This document shows, in pieces, positions 52,378 to 62,965 of a stretch of DNA of 64,000 nucleotides. The notes under the pieces were generated by a model. The model was not told the DNA's origin. It saw nothing but the letters and a program-made list of their open reading frames with translations, and ran no database searches. How positions within the stretch are numbered: the first letter of the stretch is position 1; every line of letters starts with the position of its first letter. Source of the DNA: Spirochaetia bacterium (GTDB taxonomy: Bacteria > Spirochaetota > Spirochaetia > UBA9216); assembly GCA_963675665.1 (NCBI GenBank), contig OY776510.1:800001-864000 (forward strand), in the 5' to 3' direction. Made by a program: the position numbers and the translations under genes.

Positions 52378-54228
52378 ATGATGGATAAAAGAACACTTAT
52401 AGCAGTAGTTCTTTCTACAATTGTAATAACAGCTGGATTCATGATCCAGGCGAAATTTTTTCCGCCGCCGGAGCAGCCGGTGGAAAGTGCAGCAGCAGTT
52501 GAACAGACAATCGCTGTTGAAGAAACAGTTAAAGCAGCTCCGAGACAGCAGGCTGCATCATCTGATGAACTTAAACTTGATTTGGATTCCGTAATAGAAG
52601 AGCAGATCATAGAAGCTGAAACAAACAGGTTTTATATTACCTTTTCCAATAAAGGCGGTGTTATTACTTCTTTAAAGCTTAAAGAACATATGGATAACAA
52701 TGAGCCGCTTGAAATGATTTTTCGTAATGAACAGCAGGATGCAGCTTTTGAAATTGCATTCGGCGGGTACGATGCTGTTCCTCTGAGCGATACTTTCGAA
52801 TATCACCAGATAGACCAATATACATTCCGGTTTTCAAAGCCTTTTCTTGCCCCTGCTGATACTGACGGTAAACGCTACCCTTTCACGCTTATAAAAACCT
52901 ATAAGTTTACCGCAGATGATTACATGATGGAGCTTCGGGTAGGAATTGAAAATTCTATCAACAGGATTCCTGCGCTGAATTTCGACGGTTATTCATACAG
53001 TTTAACGTTTGGTCCCCAGATAGGACCTGAATTTACCGAGCTTGACAACAGGTATTTTTACCGCAGATTTTATTCCTATAACGGCGGTAAAAAGGCAGAT
53101 ACCGTTAAAGTCAAAGACGGCTTTACTGAACTTGAAGACAGGGTAACCTGGACAGCATTAACCGGGAAGTACTTTTCGGCAATTGCCATCCCTGACGCTA
53201 CTGATTATGTCATCACCCTGACTGAAGAAAAAGAAGAAAGTTCGCTGCCGCAATCCAATAAAATTGTCTTTTCAAGGCCTCCGATAAAAAGTTCAAATAA
53301 CGAAGATGTTTTTAAATTCTATTTCGGTCCAAGATTGAATAGATATCTTCAGCCGTATAACAATGCCGATGAAAACGGTTTTGCAATGAAGGATCTGAAT
53401 CTTGATGAAGTAGTAGATTCCAGTTCTCTTCTGGGGTGGCTTGAGTGGCTGCTGCAAAAAGGGCTTGCTCTTATTTATCAATTTCTGCCGAACTACGGTA
53501 TTGCAATAATTCTTCTCACTATAGTCATCAAGATTGTGCTGTTTCCGCTTACCAGAAAGAGTACGCAGTCTACAGCAAGAATGTCGGCGCTGGCACCAAA
53601 GATGGAAGAATTAAAGGCACAGTACAAGGACCAGCCCGATAAGCTTAACAGGGCCATGTCCGAAATGTACAAGAAAGAAGGCGTCAGTCCAATGGGAGGC
53701 TGTCTGCCAATGCTAATTCAGTTTCCGTTTTTTATTGCCATGTACGGGCTTCTGAACAAGTATTTCGAGTTTCGCGGTGCAGTTTTTATTCCGGGATGGA
53801 TTACAGACCTTGCCGCGCCGGAATCAGTTTATCATTTCGCATTTACAGTTCCGCTTGTAAACTGGTCCGATATCAGGCTTCTGCCGATAATATTCGTAGG
53901 ATCGCAGATCCTGAGCACAAAGATTATGCAGAGCAACCAGACAAGCGCCGCCGGAAATCAGAGTTCAATGAAAATGATGATGTACGGCATGCCGATAATG
54001 TTCTTCTTTATTCTTTATAATGCGCCGTCGGGACTGCTTGTATACTGGATTTGCTCAAACGTTTTTTCCATGCTTCAGCAGATGTATACAAACAGGCATC
54101 TGAAACCAGCTGCTGCGGGCGACGGAAAAGCAGGCGCTGATTTTAAAATAGTCGGCAAGGATGAAACAGCAGAACAGAAACAGAAGGTTGTTCCGCCTCC
54201 GAAAAAAAAGAAAAAGAAGAAGAAATAG
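52378..54228 (+). CDS. yidC: membrane protein insertase
   Basis: NYGIAIILLT, GGCLPMLIQFP, WITDL, PSGLLVYW. Confidence 0.96.
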   Translation: MMDKRTLIAVVLSTIVITAGFMIQAKFFPPPEQPVESAAAVEQTIAVEETVKAAPRQQAASSDELKLDLDSVIEEQIIEAETNRFYITFSNKGGVITSLKLKEHMDNNEPLEMIFRNEQQDAAFEIAFGGYDAVPLSDTFEYHQIDQYTFRFSKPFLAPADTDGKRYPFTLIKTYKFTADDYMMELRVGIENSINRIPALNFDGYSYSLTFGPQIGPEFTELDNRYFYRRFYSYNGGKKADTVKVKDGFTELEDRVTWTALTGKYFSAIAIPDATDYVITLTEEKEESSLPQSNKIVFSRPPIKSSNNEDVFKFYFGPRLNRYLQPYNNADENGFAMKDLNLDEVVDSSSLLGWLEWLLQKGLALIYQFLPNYGIAIILLTIVIKIVLFPLTRKSTQSTARMSALAPKMEELKAQYKDQPDKLNRAMSEMYKKEGVSPMGGCLPMLIQFPFFIAMYGLLNKYFEFRGAVFIPGWITDLAAPESVYHFAFTVPLVNWSDIRLLPIIFVGSQILSTKIMQSNQTSAAGNQSSMKMMMYGMPIMFFFILYNAPSGLLVYWICSNVFSMLQQMYTNRHLKPAAAGDGKAGADFKIVGKDETAEQKQKVVPPPKKKKKKKK

Positions 54229-54322
54229 AAATATGATTTCTATTTCTTCTTTAGGAGATTTTGCTGCGCAAAACTCCACGAAGTTTAATTAGAGCAAGTC
54301 ATGTCTCTAAGGAGTTTTATAT

Positions 54323-54970
54323 ATGTTCAGGGAATTTGAAGGAAAAACAGAAAAGGAGGCAATTGATAAAGCAGTAGAAGAATTAGGAATAGACAGGGAA
54401 GAGTTCGATGTCGAGATAGTAAACAAACCGAAATCCGGCATTTTCAGAAAAGGGAATGTTAAAATCAAGGTTTATATCGGCGAAGCTGATGAAGAACCGA
54501 AAACCGTTGATGATTTCGAACATAAAGTTATTGAATATCTCGAAACCCTTATTTCCAAAATGGGATTCCCCGGTAAAGGCCGAGTAGCCTTCAGGGAAGA
54601 AAGCAAGATTGGTATCGAAATTGAGTCGGAATATACCGGCATTCTGATCGGCAGAAAGGGAAAAAACCTGGATTCAATTCAGCTGTTGCTGAATGTTTAC
54701 GCAGGAAGACTGGGCAGCGACTGCAGAGTAATAATCGATGCGGAAAACTACAGGGAACGCAGGGAAGAAAACCTTGTAAGAATGGCCAGAAAGAGCGCCG
54801 AACAGGTTAGAAGAACAAGAGGCTCAAGACTTCTCGAACCGATGAATCCGTTTGAACGCAGACTTGTTCACACAACACTTAATGAACTGACGGATATAGA
54901 TACGATAAGCGAAGGAGACGGATTATACAAACAGATCCGTGTGCTCTACCGCGGAGACGTCAGAGAATAG
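54323..54970 (+). CDS. jag: Jag/EloR RNA-binding protein (KH + R3H)
   Basis: LIGRKGKNLDSIQ, ENYRERRE, LEPMNPFERRLVH. Confidence 0.93.
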   Translation: MFREFEGKTEKEAIDKAVEELGIDREEFDVEIVNKPKSGIFRKGNVKIKVYIGEADEEPKTVDDFEHKVIEYLETLISKMGFPGKGRVAFREESKIGIEIESEYTGILIGRKGKNLDSIQLLLNVYAGRLGSDCRVIIDAENYRERREENLVRMARKSAEQVRRTRGSRLLEPMNPFERRLVHTTLNELTDIDTISEGDGLYKQIRVLYRGDVRE

Positions 54971-55074
54971 ATAAAAATTACTGCTTAATACCGGAAAGAC
55001 TATCCGGTTATCGATTGTCCGGCTGAAAAGTGCCGTAAAGGGGGTGTCCAAAATGGTTTTGGATATCCCCTTTC

Positions 55075-56142
55075 TTATATTGCTTCGTGACTGTCGGCAT
55101 GGTGTTTTTCAAGAAGAAGCGAAATAACAATCAGTACTACCCATATTATGATGGTTATATCGATAAAAAATGTATTGCCGCTCATTGACCATAAAAATAC
55201 TGAAAGGCCTAGAAGAATGCTGACCGAATAAAGAGTTAACAGAATCTGCCTTGTTGAAAAATTCCTGTCCATAAGTTTGTGATGCAGATGTTCGCGGTCG
55301 GGATGAAACGGCGACTGCTTTCTTCTGAGTCTTCTGAGCATTGAGGTAAGAGTATCAATTACAGGAATAAACAGGATGCTTATTGAAATTATCAGCGTCA
55401 TATCGGAATGGTAATTTATTTCCAGAAAAGGAAGACTTGCAATGGCAAAACCAAGAAAAAGAGCACCGGAGTCGCCGATGAATATTTTTGCCGGCGGAAA
55501 ATTGAATACAAGAAAACCCACCAGAGAACCGAAAAGCGAAAATGAAATTAATGCTGTTACAGGATAACCCAGCGCAATAGATATTATAGATAAAAACAGC
55601 GCCGCTATTGCAGAAATTCCGCCGCTGAGACCGTCCATGCCGTCAATAAGGTTAACAGCATTACAGGCGCCGATTATCCATACTGCAGCGAGAACATAGC
55701 CCAGAATGCCTATATCAAGAGTTACATTAATAAAAGGAATATGAAGCAGCGACATGGATCTGTTCGGCAGAATAATCATCAGGGTAGCTATTATCTGTAC
55801 AATAAATTTGTATCTCGGCCTGATGTTCCTGAAATCATCAATTAACCCGATAATATGAACAAGCGCAAAAGCTGCAAGAAAAATTATCAACCGACGGCAG
55901 GGAAAATCAGTCATTAAACCGGTTTTACAGCCAAGTATAAGAAGTCCTGCAATCAGGCCTGCAAGCATTGAATAAAAAACAGCCAGACCGGCAAGTCTTG
56001 ATATGTTTCCGGTATGAATTTTACGCTCGTCTATTATATCAAACCACTTATTTTTTATACTCAGCCTTATAAGAACCGGAATTAATATCACGCAAACTAC
56101 AAATGAAAGAACCCCGGCAGAGATCAGCATTATTTCGAACAT
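55075..56142 (-). CDS. undecaprenyl-phosphate GlcNAc-1-phosphate transferase (WecA/TagO, GT4/MraY family)
   Basis: RKIH, GLIDD, NAVNLIDGMDGL, FNFPPAKIFIGDSG, DREHLHH. Confidence 0.9.
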   Translation of the reverse strand: MFEIMLISAGVLSFVVCVILIPVLIRLSIKNKWFDIIDERKIHTGNISRLAGLAVFYSMLAGLIAGLLILGCKTGLMTDFPCRRLIIFLAAFALVHIIGLIDDFRNIRPRYKFIVQIIATLMIILPNRSMSLLHIPFINVTLDIGILGYVLAAVWIIGACNAVNLIDGMDGLSGGISAIAALFLSIISIALGYPVTALISFSLFGSLVGFLVFNFPPAKIFIGDSGALFLGFAIASLPFLEINYHSDMTLIISISILFIPVIDTLTSMLRRLRRKQSPFHPDREHLHHKLMDRNFSTRQILLTLYSVSILLGLSVFLWSMSGNTFFIDITIIIWVVLIVISLLLEKHHADSHEAI

Positions 56143-56260
56143 GACTAATGATAAAACACCCTTAAGGCAGTGTCAATGAGGTTCAGCTAACGGTTTATTA
56201 CTTGTTAATAATCAATTATATTATTATATTAATCTAACGAGTAAAAAACGGAGAGAAATT

Positions 56261-57691
56261 TTGGAATACAAGATAAAAGATATCAGCCTGGCGGAATGGG
56301 GCAGAAAGGAAATCGAAATAGCCGAGCATGAAATGCCCGGACTCATGTCCATCAGGGAAAAATTTGCGGCTGAAAAACCGCTGAAAGACGTAAGGATTAC
56401 CGGCTCGCTTCACATGACGATTCAGACGGCGGTTCTGATCGAAACCCTTACAGAGTTGGGCGCGGATGTTCGCTGGGCCAGCTGTAATATCTTTTCAACC
56501 CAGGACCACGCAGCCGCGGCTATTGTCGTCGGAAGACCCGAAAGCGGCGGAACGGAGAAAAATCCCAAAGGAGTACCTGTCTTTGCCTGGAAAGGGGAAA
56601 CCCTTGAGGAGTACTGGGACTGCACCCTTGATGCGTTGAGTTTTCCCGGCGGAAAAGGCCCCAACCAGATAGTTGACGACGGAGGTGATGCCACTCTGCT
56701 TGTACACAAAGGTTATGAACTTGAAAACGGTTCCGACTGGGTAAAACAGCCCGGTAAAAAACATGAAGAACAGGTTATTAAAAACCTTCTCAAGTCTATT
56801 AATGAAAAAAACAATAATTTTTTCAGTTCAATGGTAAAAGATATCAGGGGCTGTTCTGAAGAAACAACCACGGGTGTACACAGGCTGTACCATATGATGG
56901 ACGAAGGCAGCCTGCTTTTTCCGGCAATCAATGTTAACGATTCGGTAACAAAGAGCAAATTCGACAACCTCTACGGCTGTCGTGAATCACTGGCCGACGG
57001 CATCAAGCGTGCAACCGATGTAATGATAGCCGGAAAGGTGGTTGTAGTCTGCGGATACGGAGATGTAGGAAAAGGTTGCGCCCAGTCAATGCGTGGAATA
57101 GGGGCCAGGGTAGTAATAACCGAAATAGATCCCATATGCGCGCTGCAGGCGGCAATGGAAGGCTTTGAAGTAAAAACGGTAGAAGACACTCTGGGGACCG
57201 GAGATATCTATGTGACAACAACCGGAAACAGGGACGTAATAACAGCTGAACACATGGCCGGAATGAAAAACCAGGCAATAGTATGCAACATCGGCCATTT
57301 CGACAATGAGATCCAGGTAGACGAATTAAACGAATGGCCCGGCGTCAAAAAGATGAACGTTAAACCCCAGGTCGACAAATACATCTATGACGACGGCCAC
57401 GAGATTTTTCTCCTTGCCGAGGGGCGGCTGGTAAATCTGGGCTGTGCCACGGGGCACCCGTCGTTTGTAATGTCCAACTCGTTTTCAAACCAGACGCTTG
57501 CGCAGATTGATCTCAACAGTAATAATTACAAAATCGGGGTATACAGACTGTCGAAGAAGCTTGATGAAGAAGTTGCCCGGGCTCATCTTGACAAGATAGG
57601 TGTAAAACTTACGACTCTCTCAAAAGAGCAGGCTGATTATATCGGAGTTTCGGTGGAAGGTCCGTATAAGCCGGAACATTATCGTTATTGA
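56261..57691 (+). CDS. ahcY: adenosylhomocysteinase
   Basis: [38 protein letters not shown]. Confidence 0.97.
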   Translation: MEYKIKDISLAEWGRKEIEIAEHEMPGLMSIREKFAAEKPLKDVRITGSLHMTIQTAVLIETLTELGADVRWASCNIFSTQDHAAAAIVVGRPESGGTEKNPKGVPVFAWKGETLEEYWDCTLDALSFPGGKGPNQIVDDGGDATLLVHKGYELENGSDWVKQPGKKHEEQVIKNLLKSINEKNNNFFSSMVKDIRGCSEETTTGVHRLYHMMDEGSLLFPAINVNDSVTKSKFDNLYGCRESLADGIKRATDVMIAGKVVVVCGYGDVGKGCAQSMRGIGARVVITEIDPICALQAAMEGFEVKTVEDTLGTGDIYVTTTGNRDVITAEHMAGMKNQAIVCNIGHFDNEIQVDELNEWPGVKKMNVKPQVDKYIYDDGHEIFLLAEGRLVNLGCATGHPSFVMSNSFSNQTLAQIDLNSNNYKIGVYRLSKKLDEEVARAHLDKIGVKLTTLSKEQADYIGVSVEGPYKPEHYRY

Positions 57692-57805
57692 GATTATAAA
57701 ATGAAGTACAACCTTCCCCGGTCCTTTGCTTGCTTGAACCGGGGAATGAGGGTTTACTAATATATTTTTTTGTCGGGCCGCCTTGGCCCGTGCAATCTAA
57801 GGAGT

Positions 57806-57889
57806 AATAAAAAATAACCTCCATGTTATTTTTTATTTTGAAGTTTGAAAATTCTTTCAAACTTCATCTCCGTAACCGCTTCCATGCGG
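57806..57889 (-). repeat. third (inverted) copy of the triple-hairpin element
   Basis: Reverse complement ccgcatggaagcggttacggagatgaagttt...aaacttca...taacatggaggtta matches the units at 36251 and 36360. Confidence 0.8.
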
Positions 57890-57910
57890 AGAATTTAAGG
57901 AGAAGAAAAT

Positions 57911-59074
57911 ATGGAAAACAGAAACTACCTCTTTACGTCAGAGTCTGTCAGCGAAGGCCATCCCGACAAACTTTGCGACCAGGTCTCGGATGCGATACTT
58001 GACGCATGCCTGACAGATGACCCGCAGTCCAGGGTAGCCTGTGAAACGTTCACTACTACCGGAATGGTTCTGGTGGGCGGTGAAATCACAACAAACACCT
58101 ACGTTGATGTTCAGGAAGTCGCCAGGGGCGTCGCCCGGAAGATCGGTTATGTTAAACCCGAATACGGCCTTGATTATGAGTCGATGGCAGTATTGAATAC
58201 AATCCACAGCCAGTCGCCGGATATCTCACAGGGCGTCACCGACGGGGAAGGACTGTTCAAGGAACAGGGCGCCGGCGACCAGGGCATGATGTTCGGTTTT
58301 GCATGCCGTGAAACCCCGCAGCTGATGCCTGCGCCCGTGATGTTTTCGCACCAGATTCTTCTGAAAGCAACCGAGCTTCGGAAGGGCGGAAAACTCCCAT
58401 GGCTGAGGCCCGATTCAAAAAGCCAGGTAACGATAGAATATGACGGATTTGTACCGAAGCGGATCGATACGGTTGTTGTAAGTCATCAGCATGATGAAGA
58501 TATTTCTTATGAAGAGCTTAAGAACGATATAATCGGAAAGATAATCAAACCGGTGCTCGAACCGACCGGGCTTCTTGCGGACGATACGAAGTTCTTCATT
58601 AACCCGACAGGCCGGTTCGTAATAGGCGGCCCCCACGGAGACTCGGGACTTACAGGCCGCAAGATTATAGTAGATACCTACGGCGGAATGGGCCGGCACG
58701 GCGGCGGCGCGTTCAGCGGAAAAGACCCGTCGAAGGTAGACAGGTCCGCAGCCTACATGGCAAGGTATGTAGCCAAAAATATCGTTGCGGCGGAGCTCTG
58801 CGAACGCTGCGAGGTTGAGCTGGCATACGCGATAGGCGTACCCTACCCCGTTTCGGTTATGGTCGACACCTTCGGTACCGGGCGGGTCCCGGAATCAAAA
58901 ATAGAGGCCGCTGTTGAAAAGGTTTTCGATTTAAGCCCGGCGGGAATCATAAAAACCCTTGATCTGAAAAAGCCGATCTACCAGGAAACTGCCGCCTACG
59001 GCCACTTCGGCCGCGATATTTTTTCGTGGGAAAAAACCGACAAAGCTGCAGCTCTTCAGAATGAAATAGGCTGA
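57911..59074 (+). CDS. metK: S-adenosylmethionine synthetase
   Basis: [28 protein letters not shown]. Confidence 0.98.
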   Translation: MENRNYLFTSESVSEGHPDKLCDQVSDAILDACLTDDPQSRVACETFTTTGMVLVGGEITTNTYVDVQEVARGVARKIGYVKPEYGLDYESMAVLNTIHSQSPDISQGVTDGEGLFKEQGAGDQGMMFGFACRETPQLMPAPVMFSHQILLKATELRKGGKLPWLRPDSKSQVTIEYDGFVPKRIDTVVVSHQHDEDISYEELKNDIIGKIIKPVLEPTGLLADDTKFFINPTGRFVIGGPHGDSGLTGRKIIVDTYGGMGRHGGGAFSGKDPSKVDRSAAYMARYVAKNIVAAELCERCEVELAYAIGVPYPVSVMVDTFGTGRVPESKIEAAVEKVFDLSPAGIIKTLDLKKPIYQETAAYGHFGRDIFSWEKTDKAAALQNEIG

Positions 59075-59341
59075 AGTTATTGGAACCCGCAGCAGTATAA
59101 ATACCTGCTGCGGTTATTTTTATTGCTTTTATGTAACCTTTTTTTTGGTAAATTGCTTGTTTTTATGTTTGAACGGGAGTAAACTGTTGTTAATGGAAAA
59201 GGCCTGTACAGCCGATACATTTAAAAGCATGATTTCAATGTCGGCGTCTTTGCCGTTTTTTTGGAAAAAACATCTCTTTTTTAACAATAATTTAAAAATA
59301 AGGAGTCGCTTTTCATAAATAGGTTAATAACCGATATTTTC

Positions 59342-59377
59342 TTGACAGCTAAAAATGGGGTTGTTATAATTACCCCA
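59342..59377 (+). promoter_or_regulatory. consensus sigma70 promoter with an inverted repeat around the -10
   Basis: TTGACA-17-TATAAT; TGGGGT/ACCCCA flank the -10 box. Confidence 0.75.
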
Positions 59378-59446
59378 AAAAATATTAAAACGGGATATTA
59401 ACAGACCGTTGGTCTGATCCCAAAAACACGGAGGAAGTGAATTAAT

Positions 59447-61270
59447 ATGAAAAAAATAGCACTTGTCCTTGCTGTACTTCTTTGCGCGTTGCCGATGATG
59501 GCATTCGCAGAAATCGCAGTATCCGGTTCTGTTAGTTTCTCAATCGGTAACTCAGACGAAACAGATCCTACGCTGCCGGCATTTTCAGGTAGCAGTTCCG
59601 TAACAGGTTCTGTTACAATCGCTACTGACGACGAAAAGGTTGTTGCTTCCGCAACATTCGACCTTCTCCCGACAGTAACCACCACTTATACAGGGTATTC
59701 AAACGATTACTACTATAACTGGGATGCAGGCCTTACCAACTTTGGTCTTGATTATGTGAATTATCTTTCACTCTCAACAGCAGTAGATTTTTATAACGAT
59801 CATGCTGATGATGAAACAGCTGTTGCTGAAGTTACAATCTGGACAGCAACAACCGAAGCTGATCTTCAGGCTGAATTAAAAGACGGCACAGCTCTTGACC
59901 TTCTTGCTTCAGACGATGACGCAGGCGATATAACAATCAAAGATGCTGTAGATGCTGACGCTGAAACAGATGAATTTGTATGGTCAGTTGCAAATTCCGC
60001 TTCAGTTAATACAATCAATGGTGCTTTCCAAGGTGAGTTATTTCTTCAGGTAACTGATGCAATTGAGAAAATTCTTGACGAAGCTTCTACCGATACCAAA
60101 GCTGACTTGACGGCCGGCGGTATTGTTCTTACTAACTTTGATGTTCAGAGTACTGTAACTAATAATATGTTTGATTATCTTAGCGGTTTAGTCACTTATG
60201 ATATAATCAAAGACTGGACTGCAGATGATAAAGCCGTTGTTCTGGCTGCTCTTGATTTAGAAATGGCATACAACAACATGGGTGTTCCTGATGAGACTCC
60301 TACAGTTGAATCAGCACTTTCATTTGTTGAAAGCGCATCTCTTGCATTCAACAATGTTGGCGGGATTGTAGATATCGTTTGTAATTTGAAAGGTACACAC
60401 GTTACTGCAGGCGCTATCTCTGTTGACGAAGCCGGACATCAGGATGACGCTGTAAGCGGATATCCTTCACTGATGATAGGCCTTTCTTCAGGTGTTGTTG
60501 AAGGTCTTAACGCGGGCGTTACCCTCTACATCGACGACAACGGCATGCAGGATGCAGTTTCAGACACATGGTACACATGGCTTGATGAAACCGACGATAT
60601 GGAAGAGCCAGTTTACGGTCTCGGCGTCAGCGGCGGTTACACAACTACAGTAGGCGATATGACAGTAGGCGCATCAGCAACCCTCGGTCTCTATGACCTG
60701 ATGGGCGGTGATGATCTTGCTTATGCTTTCTCAGTAGCTCCTTCATTCAGCGGAATGGGCGCAAATGTAGCTGTAGAATTCGATTACGGCCTTGACATGA
60801 TGTACCTGATGGCTGCTGTAGACTACACAATAATGGGTCTTACTCCTTCCGTAGCTTTCCACTACCTCGCGGCGGACGGCGACTATAACCTCGCATACAA
60901 TGATGATCCTGCAAGCGTAATGGCTGATTTCAAAGCTGCCGACGGTATGCTTCTTGAAGCCGGTCTTGCAGCCGACCTTTCCGAACTTATCGGAATGGGC
61001 GTATCTGTAAGCGGCGGGATGGACTACGGTCTGACCAGCTCTGAACTTGCATGGAATGCAGGCCTGTCTGTTGCAGGTCTTGTTGAAGGCCTTACAGTCG
61101 GATTCGACTGTGACGCTGACAGCGTTGAAGGCTCAACCTTCGACTATGCAGTAAGCGCGTCTTACGCATACAGCATTGCAACACTGTCCTTCTCACTCGG
61201 AAGCGACTACAACAGCGGTGACGATGCTAACTACACTTCATGGAGCGTAGGAACATCAGTATCCTTCTAA
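59447..61270 (+). CDS. secreted acidic protein, probable outer-membrane beta-barrel (Msp/porin-like)
   Basis: Signal peptide ending AFA, amphipathic beta-strands in the C-half, terminal WSVGTSVSF, strong promoter and terminator. Confidence 0.6.
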   Translation: MKKIALVLAVLLCALPMMAFAEIAVSGSVSFSIGNSDETDPTLPAFSGSSSVTGSVTIATDDEKVVASATFDLLPTVTTTYTGYSNDYYYNWDAGLTNFGLDYVNYLSLSTAVDFYNDHADDETAVAEVTIWTATTEADLQAELKDGTALDLLASDDDAGDITIKDAVDADAETDEFVWSVANSASVNTINGAFQGELFLQVTDAIEKILDEASTDTKADLTAGGIVLTNFDVQSTVTNNMFDYLSGLVTYDIIKDWTADDKAVVLAALDLEMAYNNMGVPDETPTVESALSFVESASLAFNNVGGIVDIVCNLKGTHVTAGAISVDEAGHQDDAVSGYPSLMIGLSSGVVEGLNAGVTLYIDDNGMQDAVSDTWYTWLDETDDMEEPVYGLGVSGGYTTTVGDMTVGASATLGLYDLMGGDDLAYAFSVAPSFSGMGANVAVEFDYGLDMMYLMAAVDYTIMGLTPSVAFHYLAADGDYNLAYNDDPASVMADFKAADGMLLEAGLAADLSELIGMGVSVSGGMDYGLTSSELAWNAGLSVAGLVEGLTVGFDCDADSVEGSTFDYAVSASYAYSIATLSFSLGSDYNSGDDANYTSWSVGTSVSF

Positions 61271-61289
61271 TTTAATTAGAAACTGTTAC

Positions 61290-61318
61290 GGCCCCGGGTT
61301 TACCCGGGGCTTTTTTTT
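61290..61318 (+). terminator. intrinsic terminator
   Basis: ggccccggg-ttta-cccggggc plus T8. Confidence 0.85.
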
Positions 61319-61333
61319 GGATATGATACCGTT

Positions 61334-62002
61334 ATGAAAAGACTTACAATTGCATTAATCCTTCTGCTGACGTCCGCTTTTTTTGCCGCTGCGCAGAGCG
61401 TAACCGTGGACTTCAAGATAGTCGGGCATGAGGTGAACTTCATGAAGCTTCAGGGTACGGTCCAGGCTGAGGTCGACAGGGGGTACACGCCGATAGGATT
61501 GTCCGGCTACGACGACAAGCTTTACGTTCTGTATCTGAGCGACAACGTAATCCGCTCGAAGGCCTGGCAGGTGGCGCGCTACCAAACTATCCAGGAACTG
61601 GACAAAAGAATAGCCGAAAAAATCTCCGACGGCTGGTTTCCCGCGGGCTATTCGTCGCTGAAGGGAGATCTGTACGCGCTGTTTCTTGAAAGCGACTATA
61701 AGGCTACATATTACAAGGCAAAGGAATCGAAAATCGACGACGAATCGCTTAAGGATGAGTTCGGTCCTTTTCTGAGAACGGGAACCATTCCGATGGATTT
61801 TGATATTATCGGCGATGTTCAGCTTTACCTGTCCGCCCAGATGGCCAATATGCCGGCAAGCGACTGGAAACAGGTTGCATTCGACTTTGAAAGCGAAACG
61901 CTGAACCAGCAGATAACTGAGGAAATGAAAGGTCGTTACCTGCCATGGGGAATGGACATTACCGAGGGGATTCTGAGAATAAGCTTTTTAAAATTCAAAT
62001 AA
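61334..62002 (+). CDS. secreted hypothetical protein with internal repeats
   Basis: Signal peptide; four roughly 50-aa units ending GYTPIG / GWFPAG / GTIPMD / RYLPWG. Confidence 0.6.
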   Translation: MKRLTIALILLLTSAFFAAAQSVTVDFKIVGHEVNFMKLQGTVQAEVDRGYTPIGLSGYDDKLYVLYLSDNVIRSKAWQVARYQTIQELDKRIAEKISDGWFPAGYSSLKGDLYALFLESDYKATYYKAKESKIDDESLKDEFGPFLRTGTIPMDFDIIGDVQLYLSAQMANMPASDWKQVAFDFESETLNQQITEEMKGRYLPWGMDITEGILRISFLKFK

Positions 62003-62104
62003 ACTTTTATCTGATTGCGCCGGGAAAAGAAAATTCCCGAAACACAAAAAAGGCCGCGATTCTGTTATGGAATACGGCCTTTTAATATTTATCTTTGTAA
62101 AGTT

Positions 62105-62950
62105 CTACAGCCCGCGTTCCTTTTTGATCTGGTCCCAGGCGTTCTGTATTTCGAGGAATTTCTGTTTTGCAACCTTCTGAAATTCTTCGGGCAGGCCTTT
62201 TGCCGAAACCTTGTCCGGGTGGTACTCGTTTACCAGTTTGCGGTAAGCGCGCTTGAGCTTGTCGTCGCTGTCGGACGGGCTGCAGCCGAGCACGGAATAG
62301 GCGGCGCCCGAAGAAAAGCCCCCAGAAGCCCCGTAACGGCTCTGTGAGCCGTCGTAACGGCCGCCGGCATATTTGGACTTGATTCGTGAATAAACGCTGT
62401 CGTCAAGGTGGAAAATATGAAGCCCGTCGACAATAAGGGTTTCTTCCTCGGCGCTGATGCCGTTGTCTTCTGTCGCTACCCTTACCATTATATCGATCAT
62501 CAGTTCAAGCAACTGCGGCTGAAACCGGAACTCACGGTAGAACTGGTTGGCAAACTGGTAAAATGTTTCAGATGAATTGACTGCAGTGTCGAAGATTCTG
62601 AAAGCGCTCTGTTTGGTAACGGCATCCAGGTTAAGATCGCGATCCATGAATTCTTCAATCTTACGGCGTTCCTTTTCCGAGACGTTGCCGTCTACGGCGC
62701 AGAGTTTCGCCAGCATTGAAAATGCCCCGACAAAGAATGTCATCTGGTTATGCTGGCTGCGGTTCATTCTGCCGCCGTACCAGTTCGAGAAACGGTCTCC
62801 TCCCTGAAAATTATCGTCCTTTTCGCCGAAACCTATTCGGGCGGCGCCGCCGGAAATGAAACCACCGAAAGCGGCGCCTGCTATGGCGCCGAGAGGTCCG
62901 CCTAAAAATAAACCTATGGTTCCGCCTATTATTGCGCCTAAACAGCTCAT
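62105..62950 (-). CDS. djlA: DjlA-like co-chaperone (TerB-like + J domain)
   Basis: N-terminal GGPLGA anchor, AKL..VDG, C-terminal YHPDK J domain. Confidence 0.85.
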   Translation of the reverse strand: MSCLGAIIGGTIGLFLGGPLGAIAGAAFGGFISGGAARIGFGEKDDNFQGGDRFSNWYGGRMNRSQHNQMTFFVGAFSMLAKLCAVDGNVSEKERRKIEEFMDRDLNLDAVTKQSAFRIFDTAVNSSETFYQFANQFYREFRFQPQLLELMIDIMVRVATEDNGISAEEETLIVDGLHIFHLDDSVYSRIKSKYAGGRYDGSQSRYGASGGFSSGAAYSVLGCSPSDSDDKLKRAYRKLVNEYHPDKVSAKGLPEEFQKVAKQKFLEIQNAWDQIKKERGL

Positions 62951-62965
62951 GATTTGCCTGCCGTA

